A stretch of DNA of 64,000 nt from Eledone cirrhosa. Lineage: Eukaryota. Position numbers and translations under genes: made by a program. The notes under the pieces were generated by a model. That model was not told the DNA's origin, made no database searches, and was given only the letters and a program-made list of their open reading frames with translations. Below are positions 18,001 through 34,100 of this stretch, piece after piece; within the stretch, counting starts at the first letter, position 1; every line of letters starts with the position of its first letter. The stretch covers positions 372,248,001 through 372,312,000 of the forward strand of contig OZ024742.1 of NCBI GenBank assembly GCA_964016885.1, read 5' to 3'.

Positions 18001-21000
18001 GTAATATATATACACTAGGAACACAGTAATATATATACTAGGAATACAGTAATATATATACACTAGGAATACAGTAATATATATACACTAGAAATACAGT
18101 AATATATATACACTAGAAATACAGTAATATATATACACTAGAAATACAGTAATATATATATACTTGGAATACAGTAATATATATACACTAGGAATACAGT
18201 AATATATATACACTAGGAACACAGTAATATATATACTAGGAATACAGTAATATATATACACTAGGAATACAGTAATATATATACACTAGAAATACAGTAA
18301 TATATACACTAGAAATACAGTAATATAATATATACACTAGAAATACAGTAATATATAGACTAAGAATACAGTAACATATACACTAGGAATACAGTAATAT
18401 ATATACACTAGGAACACAGTAATATATATACTAGGAATACAGTAATATATATACACTAGGAATTCAGTAATATATATACACTAGAAATACAGTAATATAT
18501 ACACTAGGAATACAGTAATATATATACACTAGAAATACAGTAATATATATACACATAAATACAGTAATATATATACAGTAGAAATACAGTAATATATATA
18601 CACTAGAAATACAGTAATATATATACACTAGGAATACAGTAATATATATACACTAGAAATACAGTAATATATATACACTAGGAATACAGTAATATATATA
18701 CACTAGGAATACAGTAATATATATACACTAGGAATACAGTAATATATATACACTAGGAATACAGTAATATATACACTAGAAATACAGTTATTTATATATA
18801 CACTAGAAATACAGTAATATATATACACTAGGAATACAGTAATATATATACACTAGGAATACAGTAATATATATACACTAGAAATACAGTAATATATATA
18901 CACTAGGAATACAGTAATGTATATACACTAGAAATACAGTAATATATATACACTAGGAATACAGTAATATATATACACTAGGAATACAGTAATATATATA
19001 CACTAGGAATACAGTAATATATATACACTAGGAATACAGTAATATATACACTAGAAATACAGTAATTTATATATACACTAGAAATACAGTAATATATATA
19101 CACTAGGAATACAGTAATATATATACACTAGGAATACAGTAATATATATACACTAGGAATACAGTAATATATATACACTAGAAATACAGTAATATATATA
19201 CACTAGGAATACAGTAATATATATACACTAGAAATACAGTAATATATATACACTAGGAATACAGTAATATATATACACTAGAAATACAGTAATATATAGA
19301 CTAAGAATACAGTAATATATACACTAGGAATTCAGTAATATATATACACTAGAAATACAGTAATATATACACTAGGAATACAGTAATATATATACACTAG
19401 AAATACAGTAATATATAGACTAAGAATACAGTAATATATACACTAGGAATTCAGTAATATATATACACTAGAAATACAGTAATATATACACTAGTAATAC
19501 AGTAATATATATGCACTAGAAATACAGTAATATATATACACATAAATACAGTAATATATATACATTAGAAATACAGTAATATATATACACTAGAAATACA
19601 GTAATATATATACACTAGGAATACAGTAATATATACACACTAGAAATACAGTAATATATATACACTAGGAATACAGTAATATATATACACTAGGAATACA
19701 GTAATATATATACACTAGGAATACAGTAATATATATACACTAGGAATACAGTAATATATATACACTAGAAATACAGTAATATATATACACGAGAAATACA
19801 GTAATATATATACACTAGGAATACAGTAATATATATACACTAGAAATACAGTAATATATATACACTAGAGATACAGTAATATATACACTAGAAATACAGA
19901 TATATATACACTAGAAATACAGTAATATATATATACGCTAGAAATACAGATATATACACTAGGAATACAGTAATATATATACACTAGAAATACAGTAATA
20001 TATATACACTAGAAATACAGTAATATATATACACTAGAAATACAGTAATATATATACACTAGAAATACAGTAATGTATATATACTAGGAATACAGTAATA
20101 TATATACACTTGGAATACAGTAATATATATACACTAGGAACACAGTAATATATATACTAGGAATACAGTAATATATATACACTAGGAATACAGTAATATA
20201 TATACACTAGGAATACAGTAATATATATACACTAGAAATACAGTAATATATATACACTAGAAATACAGTAATATATATACACTAGAAATACAGTAATATA
20301 TATATACTTGGAATACAGTAATATATATACACTAGGAATACAGTAATATATATACACTAGGAACACAGTAATATATATACTAGGAATACAGTAATATATA
20401 TGCACTAGGAATACAGTAATATATATACACTAGAAATACAGTAATATATACACTAGAAATACAGTAATATAATATATACACTAGAAATACAGTAATATAT
20501 AGACTAAGAATACAGTAATATATACACTAGGAATTCAGTAATATATATACACTAGAAATACAGTAATATATACACTAGTAATACAGTAATATATATGCAC
20601 TAGAAATACAGTAATATATATACACATAAATACAGTAATATATATACAGTAGAAATACAGTAATATATATACACTAGAAATACAGTAATATATATACACT
20701 AGGAATACAGTAATATATATACACTAGGAATACAGTAATATATATACACTAGGAATACAGTAATATATATACACTAGGAATACAGTAATATATATACACT
20801 AGGAATACAGTAATATATATACACTAGAAATACAGTAATATATATAGATGAGAAATACAGTAATATATATACACTAGAAATACAGTAATATATATACACT
20901 AGAAATATGGTAATATATATACACTAGAAATACAGTAATATATATACACTAGGAATACAGTAATATATATACACTAGAAATACAGTAATATATATACACT

Positions 21001-24000
21001 AGGAATACAGTAATATATATACACTAGAAATACAGTAATATATATACACTAGGAATACAGTAATATATATACACTAGAAATACAGTAATATATATACACT
21101 AGGAATACAGTAATATATATACACTAGAAATACAGTAATATATATACACTAGAAATACAGTAATATATATACACTAGAAATACAGTAATATATATACACT
21201 AGAAATACAGTAATATATATATACTTGGAATACAGTAATATATATACACTAGGAATACAGTAATATATATACACTAGGAACACAGTAATATATATACTAG
21301 GAATACAGTAATATATATACACTAGGAATACAGTAATATATATACACTAGAAATACAGTAATATATATACACTAGAAATACAGTAATATATATACACTAG
21401 AAATACAGTAATATATATATACTTGGAATACAGTAATATATATACACTAGGAATACAGTAATATATATACACTAGGAACACAGTAATATATATACTAGGA
21501 ATACAGTAATATATATACACTAGGAATACAGTAATATATATACACTAGAAATACAGTAATATATACACTAGAAATACAGTAATATAATATATACACTAGA
21601 AATACAGTAATATATAGACTAAGAATACAGTAACATATACACTAGGAATACAGTAATATATATACACTAGGAACACAGTAATATATATACTAGGAATACA
21701 GTAATATATATACACTAGGAATTCAGTAATATATATACACTAGAAATACAGTAATATATACACTAGGAATACAGTAATATATATACACTAGAAATACAGT
21801 AATATATATACACATAAATACAGTAATATATATACAGTAGAAATACAGTAATATATATACACTAGAAATACAGTAATATATATACACTAGGAATACAGTA
21901 ATATATATACACTAGAAATACAGTAATATATATACACTAGGAATACAGTAATATATATACACTAGGAATACAGTAATATATATACACTAGGAATACAGTA
22001 ATATATATACACTAGGAATACAGTAATATATACACTAGAAATACAGTTATTTATATATACACTAGAAATACAGTAATATATATACACTAGGAATACAGTA
22101 ATATATATACACTAGGAATACAGTAATATATATACACTAGAAATACAGTAATATATATACACTAGGAATACAGTAATGTATATACACTAGAAATACAGTA
22201 ATATATATACACTAGGAATACAGTAATATATATACACTAGGAATACAGTAATATATATACACTAGGAATACAGTAATATATATACACTAGGAATACAGTA
22301 ATATATACACTAGAAATACAGTAATTTATATATACACTAGAAATACAGTAATATATATACACTAGGAATACAGTAATATATATACACTAGGAATACAGTA
22401 ATATATATACACTAGGAATACAGTAATATATATACACTAGAAATACAGTAATATATATACACTAGGAATACAGTAATATATATACACTAGAAATACAGTA
22501 ATATATATACACTAGGAATACAGTAATATATATACACTAGAAATACAGTAATATATAGACTAAGAATACAGTAATATATACACTAGGAATTCAGTAATAT
22601 ATATACACTAGAAATACAGTAATATATACACTAGTAATACAGTAATATATATGCACTAGAAATACAGTAATATATATACACATAAATACAGTAATATATA
22701 TACAGTAGAAATACAGTAATATATATACACTAGAAATACAGTAATATATATACACTAGGAATACAGTAATATATATACACTAGGAATACAGTAATATATA
22801 TACACTAGGAATACAGTAATATATATACACTAGGAATACAGTAATATATATACACTAGGAATACAGTAATATATATACACTAGAAATACAGTAATATATA
22901 TAGATGAGAAATACAGTAATATATATACACTAGAAATACAGTAATATATATACACTAGAAATATGGTAATATATATACACTAGAAATACAGTAATATATA
23001 TACACTAGGAATACAGTAATATATATACACTAGAAATACAGTAATATATATACACTAGCAATACAGTAATATATATACACTAGAAATACAGTAATATATA
23101 TACACTAGGAATACAGTAATATATATACACTAGAAATACAGTAATATATATACACTAGGAATACAGTAATATATATACACTAGAAATACAGTAATATATA
23201 TACACTAGAAATACAGTAATATATATACACTAGAAATACAGTAATATATATACACTAGAAATACAGTAATATATATATACTTGGAATACAGTAATATATA
23301 TACACTAGGAATACAGTAATATATATACACTAGGAACACAGTAATATATATACTAGGAATACAGTAATATATATACACTAGGAATACAGTAATATATATA
23401 CACTAGAAATACAGTAATATATATACACTAGAAATACAGTAATATATATACACTAGAAATACAGTAATATATATATACTTGGAATACAGTAATATATATA
23501 CACTAGGAATACAGTAATATATATACACTAGGAACACAGTAATATATATACTAGGAATACAGTAATATATATACACTAGGAATACAGTAATATATATACA
23601 CTAGAAATACAGTAATATATACACTAGAAATACAGTAATATAATATATACACTAGAAATACAGTAATATATAGACTAAGAATACAGTAACATATACACTA
23701 GGAATACAGTAATATATATACACTAGGAACACAGTAATATATATACTAGGAATACAGTAATATATATACACTAGGAATTCAGTAATATATATACACTAGA
23801 AATACAGTAATATATACACTAGGAATACAGTAATATATATACACTAGAAATACAGTAATATATATACACATAAATACAGTAATATATATACAGTAGAAAT
23901 ACAGTAATATATATACACTAGAAATACAGTAATATATATACACTAGGAATACAGTAATATATATACACTAGAAATACAGTAATATATATACACTAGGAAT

Positions 24001-27000
24001 ACAGTAATATATATACACTAGGAATACAGTAATATATATACACTAGGAATACAGTAATATATATACACTAGGAATACAGTAATATATACACTAGAAATAC
24101 AGTTATTTATATATACACTAGAAATACAGTAATATATATACACTAGGAATACAGTAATATATATACACTAGGAATACAGTAATATATATACACTAGAAAT
24201 ACAGTAATATATATACACTAGCAATACAGTAATGTATATACACTAGAAATACAGTAATATATATACACTAGGAATACAGTAATATATATACACTAGGAAT
24301 ACAGTAATATATATACACTAGGAATACAGTAATATATATACACTAGAAATACAGTAATATATATACACTAGGAATACAGTAATATATATACACTAGAAAT
24401 ACAGTAATATATATACACTAGGAATACAGTAATATATATACACTAGAAATACAGTAATATATAGACTAAGAATACAGTAATATATACACTAGGAATTCAG
24501 TAATATATATACACTAGAAATACAGTAATATATACACTAGTAATACAGTAATATATATGCACTAGAAATACAGTAATATATATACACATAAATACAGTAA
24601 TATATATACAGTAGAAATACAGTAATATATATACACTAGAAATACAGTAATATATATACACTAGGAATACAGTAATATATATACACTAGGAATACAGTAA
24701 TATATATACACTAGGAATACAGTAATATATATACACTAGGAATACAGTAATATATATACACTAGGAATACAGTAATATATATACACTAGAAATACAGTAA
24801 TATATATAGATGAGAAATACAGTAATATATATACACTAGAAATACAGTAATATATATACACTAGAAATATGGTAATATATATACACTAGAAATACAGTAA
24901 TATATATACACTAGGAATACAGTAATATATATACACTAGAAATACAGTAATATATATACACTAGGAATACAGTAATATATATACACTAGAAATACAGTAA
25001 TATATATACACTAGGAATACAGTAATATATATACACTAGAAATACAGTAATATATATACACTAGGAATACAGTAATATATATACACTAGAAATACAGTAA
25101 TATATATACACTAGAAATACAGTAATATATATACACTAGAAATACAGTAATATATATACACTAGAAATACAGTAATATATATATACTTGGAATACAGTAA
25201 TATATATACACTAGGAATACAGTAATATATATACACTAGGAACACAGTAATATATATACTAGGAATACAGTAATATATATACACTAGGAATACAGTAATA
25301 TATATACACTAGAAATACAGTAATATATATACACTAGAAATACAGTAATATATATACACTAGAAATACAGTAATATATATATACTTGGAATACAGTAATA
25401 TATATACACTAGGAATACAGTAATATATATACACTAGGAACACAGTAATATATATACTAGGAATACAGTAATATATATACACTAGGAATACAGTAATATA
25501 TATACACTAGAAATACAGTAATATATACACTAGAAATACAGTAATATAATATATACACTAGAAATACAGTAATATATAGACTAAGAATACAGTAACATAT
25601 ACACTAGGAATACAGTAATATATATACACTAGGAACACAGTAATATATATACTAGGAATACAGTAATATATATACACTAGGAATTCAGTAATATATATAC
25701 ACTAGAAATACAGTAATATATACACTAGGAATACAGTAATATATATACACTAGAAATACAGTAATATATATACACATAAATACAGTAATATATATACAGT
25801 AGAAATACAGTAATATATATACACTAGAAATACAGTAATATATATACACTAGGAATACAGTAATATATATACACTAGGAATACAGTAATATATATATACT
25901 AGAAATACAGTAATATATATACACATAAATACAGTAATATATATACACTAGGAATACAGTAATATATATACACTAGGAATACAGTAATATATATACACTA
26001 GGAATACAGTAATATATATACACTAGGAATACAGTAATATATACACTAGAAATACAGTAATTTATATATACACTAGAAATACAGTAATATATATACACTA
26101 GGAATACAGTAATATATATACACTAGGAATACAGTAATATATATACACTAGGAATACAGTAATATATATACACTAGAAATACAGTAATATATATACACTA
26201 GGAATACAGTAATATATATACACTAAAAATACAGTAATATATATACACTAGGAATACAGTAATATATATATACACTAGAAATACAGTAATATATAGACTA
26301 AGAATACAGTAATATATACACTAGGAATTCAGTAATATATATACACTAGAAATACAGTAATATATACACTAGTAATACAGTAATATATATGCACTAGAAA
26401 TACAGTAATATATATACACATAAATACAGTAATATATATACAGTAGAAATACAGTAATATATATACACTAGAAATACAGTAATATATATACACTAGGAAT
26501 GCAGTAATATATATACACTAGGAATACAGTAATATATATACACTAGGAATACAGTAATATATATACACTAGGAATACAGTAATATATATACACTAGGAAT
26601 ACAGTAATATATATACACTAGAAATACAGTAATATATATAGATGAGAAATACAGTAATATATATACACTAGAAATACAGTAATATATATACACTAGGAAT
26701 ACAGTAATATATATACACTAGAAATACAGTAATATATATACACTAGAAATACAGTAATATATATACACTAGAAATACAGTAATATATATACACTAGAAAT
26801 ACAGTAATATATATATACTTGGAATACAGTAATATATATACACTAGGAATACAGTAATATATATACACTAGGAACACAGTAATATATATACTAGGAATAC
26901 AGTAATATATATACACTAGGAATACAGTAATATATATACACTAGAAATACAGTAATATATATACACTAGAAATACAGTAATATATATACACTAGAAATAC

Positions 27001-30000
27001 AGTAATATATATATACTTGGAATACAGTAATATATATACACTAGGAATACAGTAATATATATACACTAGGAACACAGTAATATATATACTAGGAATACAG
27101 TAATATATATACACTAGGAATACAGTAATATATATACACTAGAAATACAGTAATATATACACTAGAAATACAGTAATATAATATATACACTAGAAATACA
27201 GTAATATATAGACTAAGAATACAGTAACATATACACTAGGAATACAGTAATATATATACACTAGGAACACAGTAATATATATACTAGGAATACAGTAATA
27301 TATATACACTAGGAATTCAGTAATATATATACACTAGAAATACAGTAATATATACACTAGGAATACAGTAATATATATACACTAGAAATACAGTAATATA
27401 TATACACATAAATACAGTAATATATATACAGTAGAAATACAGTAATATATATACACTAGAAATACAGTAATATATATACACTAGGAATACAGTAATATAT
27501 ATACACTAGGAATACAGTAATATATATACACTAGAAATACAGTAATATATATACACATAAATACAGTAATATATATACACTAGGAATACAGTAATATATA
27601 TACACTAGGAATACATTAATATATATACACTAGGAATACAGTAATATATATACACTAGGAATACAGTAATATATACACTAGAAATACAGTAATTTATATA
27701 TACACTAGAAATACAGTAATATATATACACTAGGAATACAGTAATATATATACACTAGGAATACAGTAATATATATACACTAGGAATACAGTAATATATA
27801 TACACTAGAAATACAGTAATATATATACACTAGGAATACAGTAATATATATACACTAAAAATACAGTAATATATATACACTAGGAATACAGTAATATATA
27901 TATACACTAGAAATACAGTAATATATAGACTAAGAATACAGTAATATATACACTAGGAATTCAGTAATATATATACACTAGAAATACAGTAATATATACA
28001 CTAGTAATACAGTAATATATATGCACTAGAAATACAGTAATATATATACACATAAATACAGTAATATATATACAGTAGAAATACAGTAATATATATACAC
28101 TAGAAATACAGTAATATATATACACTAGGAATACAGTAATATATATACACTAGGAATACAGTAATATATATACACTAGGAATACAGTAATATATATACAC
28201 TAGGAATACAGTAATATATATACACTAGAAATACAGTAATATATATAGATGAGAAATACAGTAATATATATACACTAGAAATACAGTAATATATATACAC
28301 TAGAAATATGGTAATATATATACACTAGAAATACAGTAATATATATACACTAGGAATACAGTAATATATATACACTAGAAATACAGTAATATATATACAC
28401 TAGGAATACAGTAATATATATACACTAGAAATACAGTAATATATATACACTAGGAATACAGTAATATATATACACTAGAAATACAGTAATATATATACAC
28501 TAGGAATACAGTAATATATATACACTAGAAATACAGTAATATATATACACTAGAAATACAGTAATATATATACACTAGAAATACAGTAATATATATACAC
28601 TAGAAATACAGTAATATATATATACTTGGAATACAGTAATATATATACACTAGGAATACAGTAATATATATACACTAGGAACACAGTAATATATATACTA
28701 GGAATACAGTAATATATATTCACTAGGAATACAGTAATATATATACACTAGAAATACAGTAATATATATACACTAGAAATACAGTAATATATATACACTA
28801 GAAATACAGTAATATATATATACTTGGAATACAGTAATATATATACACTAGGAATACAGTAATATATATACACTAGGAACACAGTAATATATATACTAGG
28901 AATACAGTAATATATATACACTAGGAATACAGTAATATATATACACTAGAAATACAGTAATATATACACTAGAAATACAGTAATATAATATATACACTAG
29001 AAATACAGTAATATATAGACTAAGAATACAGTAACATATACACTAGGAATACAGTAATATATATACACTAGGAACACAGTAATATATATACTAGGAATAC
29101 AGTAATATATATACACTAGGAATTCAGTAATATATATACACTAGAAATACAGTAATATATACACTAGGAATACAGTAATATATATACACTAGAAATACAG
29201 TAATATATATACACATAAATACAGTAATATATATACAGTAGAAATACAGTAATATATATACACTAGAAATACAGTAATATATATACACTAGGAATACAGT
29301 AATATATATACACTAGAAATACAGTAATATATATACACTAGGAATACAGTAATATATATACACTAGGAATACAGTAATATATATACACTAGGAATACAGT
29401 AATATATATACACTAGGAATACAGTAATATATACACTAGAAATACAGTAATTTATATATACACTAGAAATACAGTAATATATATACACTAGGAATACAGT
29501 AATATATATACACTAGGAATACAGTAATATATATACACTAGGAATACAGTACTATATATACACTAGAAATACAGTAATATATATACACTAGAAATACAGT
29601 AATATATATACACTAGGAATACAGTAATATATATACACTAGGAATACAGTAATATATATACACTAGGAATACAGTAATATATATACACTAGAAATACAGT
29701 AATATATATACACTAGGAATACAGTAATATATATACACTAGAAATACAGTAATATATATACACTAGGAATACAGTAATATATATACACTAGAAATACAGT
29801 AATATATATACACTAGGAATACAGTAATATATATACACTAGAAATACAGTAATATATATACACATAAATACAGTAATATATATACACTAGGAATTCAGTA
29901 ATATATATACACTAGAAATACAGTAATATATATACACTAGGAATACAGTAATATATATACACTAGAAATACAGTAATATATATACACTAGGAATACAGTA

Positions 30001-30598
30001 ATATATATACACTAGGAATACAGTAATATATATACACTAGAAATACAGTAATATATATACACTAGGAATACAGTAATATATATACACTAGGAATACAGTA
30101 ATATATATACACTAGGAATACAGTAATATATATACACTAGAAATACAGTAATATATATACACTAGGAATACAGTAATATATATTCACTAGAAATACAGTA
30201 ATATATATACACATAAATACAGTAATATATATACACTAGGAATACAGTAATATATATACACTAGAAATACAGTAATATATATACACTAGGAATACAGTAA
30301 TATATACACTAGAAATACAGTAATATATATACACTAGGAATATAGTAATATATATACACTAGGAATACAGTAATATATATACACTAGGAATACAGTAATA
30401 TATATACACTAGGAATACAGTAATATATATACACTAGAAATACAGTAATATATATACTAGGAATACAGTAATATATATACACTAGAAATATAGTAATATA
30501 TATACACTAGGAATACAGTAATATATATACACTAGAAATACAGTAATATATACACTAGGAATACAGTAATATATATACACTAGAAATACAGTAATATA
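1..30598. repeat. AT-rich tandem satellite, 25-bp monomer ACTAG(A/G)AATACAGTAATATATATAC, roughly 1200 copies, open at the left edge
   Basis: Continuous 25-bp periodicity. 23- and 27-bp variants arise by TA slippage, and one position is a frequent A/G dimorphism. The spurious minus-strand ORFs have a 25-aa (3-monomer) period. Confidence 0.99.
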
Positions 30599-31489
30599 CA
30601 GGGTGCGGACGATATTTGTTCGCAATTTTCAACTCTAATTTTATGTAAATTTTTTTTACTTCCGTTGTCACTCTTGTTTTCATAAAAACAGTGACTATAT
30701 CTCCATTATTTATTTTCAGAATAATTGATTATGATTAATTTTGAACCTCCAAATTTGTGGAAGAGACACGGATTTCTTCTTGGAATCTGCGCCGGGAGGA
30801 CAAATAAGACCAGAAGATCAACTCCCAGAACAACAGGTGGCTCGCTGTCTCATCCAAAGACGTGCCCAGAGTCATACAGACAAAGTTTCCAGCGACAACA
30901 TTGGTCTTAGGTGTCGTCTGCAGTCAAGGTGACGTCATGCCACCTCATTTCTTCCCTGGGGGCCTCAAGCTGAACACCGATGGCTACATCCGCGTTCTGA
31001 GCGAGGTAGTAAAGCCCTGGATTGACCAGGTAGCTGCAGGTAGGCGGTACGTGTGGCAGCAAGACTCAGCGCCTTGCCATACCAGCCGAAAGACCCAAGC
31101 CTGGCTGTCAGAGAACTTCGTCGACCACACTTCACCTGACATCTGGCCTCCCAGCTCTCCTGACTGCAACCCCCTCGACTTCTTTGTGTGAGGCGCAATC
31201 GAACGAGAGACCAACAGATCTAGCTGCAATACGAAAGACGATCTGAAGGCCAGGATCACAAGTGCCTTTAGGGGCCTAAGTCGGGGGACAGTGACAAAGG
31301 CCTGTAGCCGCTTCCAAGGCTGCCTTGAGGCCGTCATCAAAGCCAATGGCGGGTTTATCGTGTGAGATCGAAAGAACAAGTCATGAAGACAAACTGACCC
31401 AAGTTTGATAAATATATCTTAAAAAATAAAACCACTGTCTTATTTTTTCCTAGACAGTAATCTTGCGAACAGCTATCATCCGCACCCTG
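30599..31489 (+). mobile_element. Internally deleted Tc1/mariner DNA transposon, DD37D (maT) type
   Basis: TIRs of about 27 bp (CAGGGTGCGGACGATATTTGTTCGCAA ... TTGCGAACAGCTATCATCCGCACCCTG), flanked by TA at 30597-30598 and 30490-type position 31490-31491. Transposase remnant QQD-x37-D (QQDSAPCH...WPPSSPDCNPLD). Confidence 0.93.
30731..31365 (+). pseudogene. DD37D transposase pseudogene
   Basis: N-terminal MINFEPPNLWKRH...AGRT is joined out of frame near 30808 to QKINSQNNRW...TKFPA...QQDSAP...SPDCNPLDFFV*GAIE...CSRF...VIKANGGFIV. The DNA-binding region and first catalytic D are missing, and there is a W-to-TGA stop at 31189-31191. Confidence 0.88.
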
Positions 31490-31756
31490 TATATACTATA
31501 AACACTTGAGTGCTGACTTGGTCTGTAGATCCATCCAATCTTTGCTAGCAAGGAAAGTAGACGTTAATACGACGAAGGAAAATTCAATTTGAAAGATACT
31601 TTCAATATGTTTAAACATATTTTTACCTTTGTGGGTAATATCAAATTCATCATCATCATCATCATTATCATCAATGTTTGTTTTATTCCTACTAGCAAGA
31701 GTTGGATGGCCATCTCAGAACTATGCATTAAAGCTCTAATGTCTGGTAACTGATGT

Positions 31757-32222
31757 GGTAAACACCCAAAAGATTATTAACCATCTTGCCAACAACAACC
31801 TTGAGCACCTTTTTGAATTCCATATGTCTAACACCTGTGGACATGCCTCCAAAGTCAGAAAACAGCACAGCTCCCATGACATTTGGAAACATTTTTTCCT
31901 GCTCAGAGTTGCTAAAGCATGGAACTAACTACCTGCATCAGTTGTTAGCTGCGGAAACACTGCTTCCTTTAAAACTTCCATGGAACTAACTACCTGCATC
32001 AGTTGTTAGCTGTTGAGACACTGCATCCTTTAAAGCCTCCATGCTTCCTGAGATTTGCCAACATTACACCCGATATTCCCCCTCCATACACATGCACACA
32101 TGTATATCATGACTCATACACTGTTCACTTTCCTGACATTTGTATGTACCGTACATGCACCTTTGATGAATTGTAGTGCACCTGAGCACTGTACACAATA
32201 ATTTTAAATATTATTATTATTA
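31757..32222 (+). mobile_element. CR1-type LINE 3' fragment with an internal 61-bp duplication
   Basis: Remnant KIINHL...NTCGHASKVRKQ...KHFF.RV.KAWN.LPASVV typical of CR1-like ORF2 ends; 3'UTR and (TTA)n tail; homologous to 41890-42092, 49972-50850 and 55690-56450. Confidence 0.8.
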
Positions 32223-32761
32223 AATCAGAGCCACTGATCATTTGGATGAGACAAGGGCTGGATCTTGTGTCCATACTTTGCCACACACTACAGAGTCCAC
32301 TGTGGTACCGTACAGTTTATCTTGGCACTAGTACTGGAGAATCCTCTCTACCATTTGTTTGGCATTTTTTTTATAACTGGTTGGAGGTGAGGGTATTTTG
32401 CTTACATATGTTCTTGCTCTCTACCAAGTGTGTTTTATTGTGGCACCACTTATAGGAAGGCTGTTATTTCTTTCATACAGCTGAAAACTCCTCTCAAACC
32501 TTTATTTGGCAGGTTTTCTACTTCTGCATGCCCTTCCTATCACCAACTGCTTTTATCATGAAGGTCACCAACACTAGAGAGTTTGCCATGCCCTTGACAC
32601 AAATGGAGAGTCCTGTCAACCTCTTTTAGCAAGTAAAGATAATAAAGATATAAAGAAATTAAAGAAAAGTAATTTTAATACACCATTAAATGTCCCAAGA
32701 TGAACTGGTGGCAGACAATCAACAGAGACCTGTCAACAAAAGTTGAATGTATTGATAGATG

Positions 32762-34100
32762 CATTGTGTAGGTGTCACAACAAACAGCACCCAGTCAACA
32801 CTGTAGAGTGGTTGTGTAGGTGTCACAACAAACAGCACCCAGTCAACACTGTAGAGTGGTTGTGTAGGTGTCACAACAAACAGCACCCAGTCAACACTGT
32901 AGAGTGGTTGTGTAGGTGTCACAACAAACAGCACCCAGTCAACACTGTAGAGTGGTTGTGTAGGTGTCACAACAAACAGCACCCAGCCAACACTGTAGAG
33001 TGGTTGTGTAGGTGTCACAACAACCAGCATCCAGTCAACACTGTAGAGTGGTTGTGTAGGTGTCACAACAAACAACACCCAGTCAACACTGTAGAGTGGT
33101 TGTGTAGGTGTCACAACAAACAACACCCAGCCAACACTGTAGAGTGGTTGTGTAGGTGTCACAACAAACAACACCCAGTCAACACTGTAGAGTGGTTGTG
33201 TAGGTGTCACAACAACCAGCACCCAGCCAACACTGTAGAGTGGTTGTGTAGGTGTCACAACAAACAACACCCAGCCAACACTGTAGAGTGGTTGTGTAGG
33301 TGTCACAACAACCAGCACCCAGCCAACACTGTAGAGTGGTTGTGTAGGTGTCACAACAACCAGCACCCAGCCAACACTGTAGAGTGGTTGTGTAGGTGTC
33401 ACAACAAACAACACCCAGTCAACACTGTACAGTGGTTGTGTAGGTGTCACAACAACCAGCACCCAGCCAACACTGTAGAGTGGTTGTGTAGGTGTCACAA
33501 CAAACAGCACCCAGCCAACACTGTAGAGTGGTTGTGTAGGTGTCACAACAACCAGCACCCAGCCAACACTGTAGAGTGGTTGTGTAGGTGTCACAACAAA
33601 CAGCACCCAGCCAACACTGTAGAGTGGTTGTGTAGGTGTCACAACAAACAGCACCCAGCCAACACTGTAGAGTGGTTGTGTAGGTGTCACAACAACCAGC
33701 ACCCAGCCAACACTGTACAGTGGTTGTGTAGGTGTCACAACAAACAACACCCAGTCAACACTGTAGAGTGGTTGTGTAGGTGTCACAACAAACAACACCC
33801 AGTCAACACTGTACAGTGGTTGTGTAGGTGTCACAACAACCAGCACCCAGTCAACACTGTAAAGTGGTCATGTAGGTGTCATGACAAACAGCACCCAGTC
33901 AACACTGTAGAGTGGTTGTGTAGGTGTCACAACAACCAGCACCCAGTCAACACTGTAAAGTGGTCATGTAGGTGTCACAACAAACAGCACCCAGTCAACA
34001 CTGTAGAGTGGTTGTGTGGGTGTCACAACAAACAGCACCCAGTCAACACTGTAGAGTGGTCATGTAGGTGTCATGACAAACAGCACCCAGTCCACACTGT
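32762..34100 (+). repeat. 48-bp minisatellite (about 28 copies) derived from the RTE 3'UTR, followed by the RTE tail to about 34270
   Basis: Unit GTTGTGTAGGTGTCACAACAAACAGCACCCAGTCAACACTGTAGAGTG. It runs into GGTTGGTGTTAGGAAGGGCATCC, the CCATGCTAGCATGG stem-loop and a (TGA)n tail. Confidence 0.93.

Noticed and set aside
7160-18063. Minus-strand Y/I/C-rich ORFs in the satellite
   Set aside because: Translations of 25-bp monomers where variants happen to remove stops.
1-30598. CRISPR array or telomeric repeat
   Set aside because: No unique spacers, no cas genes and no TTAGGG-type G-rich unit.
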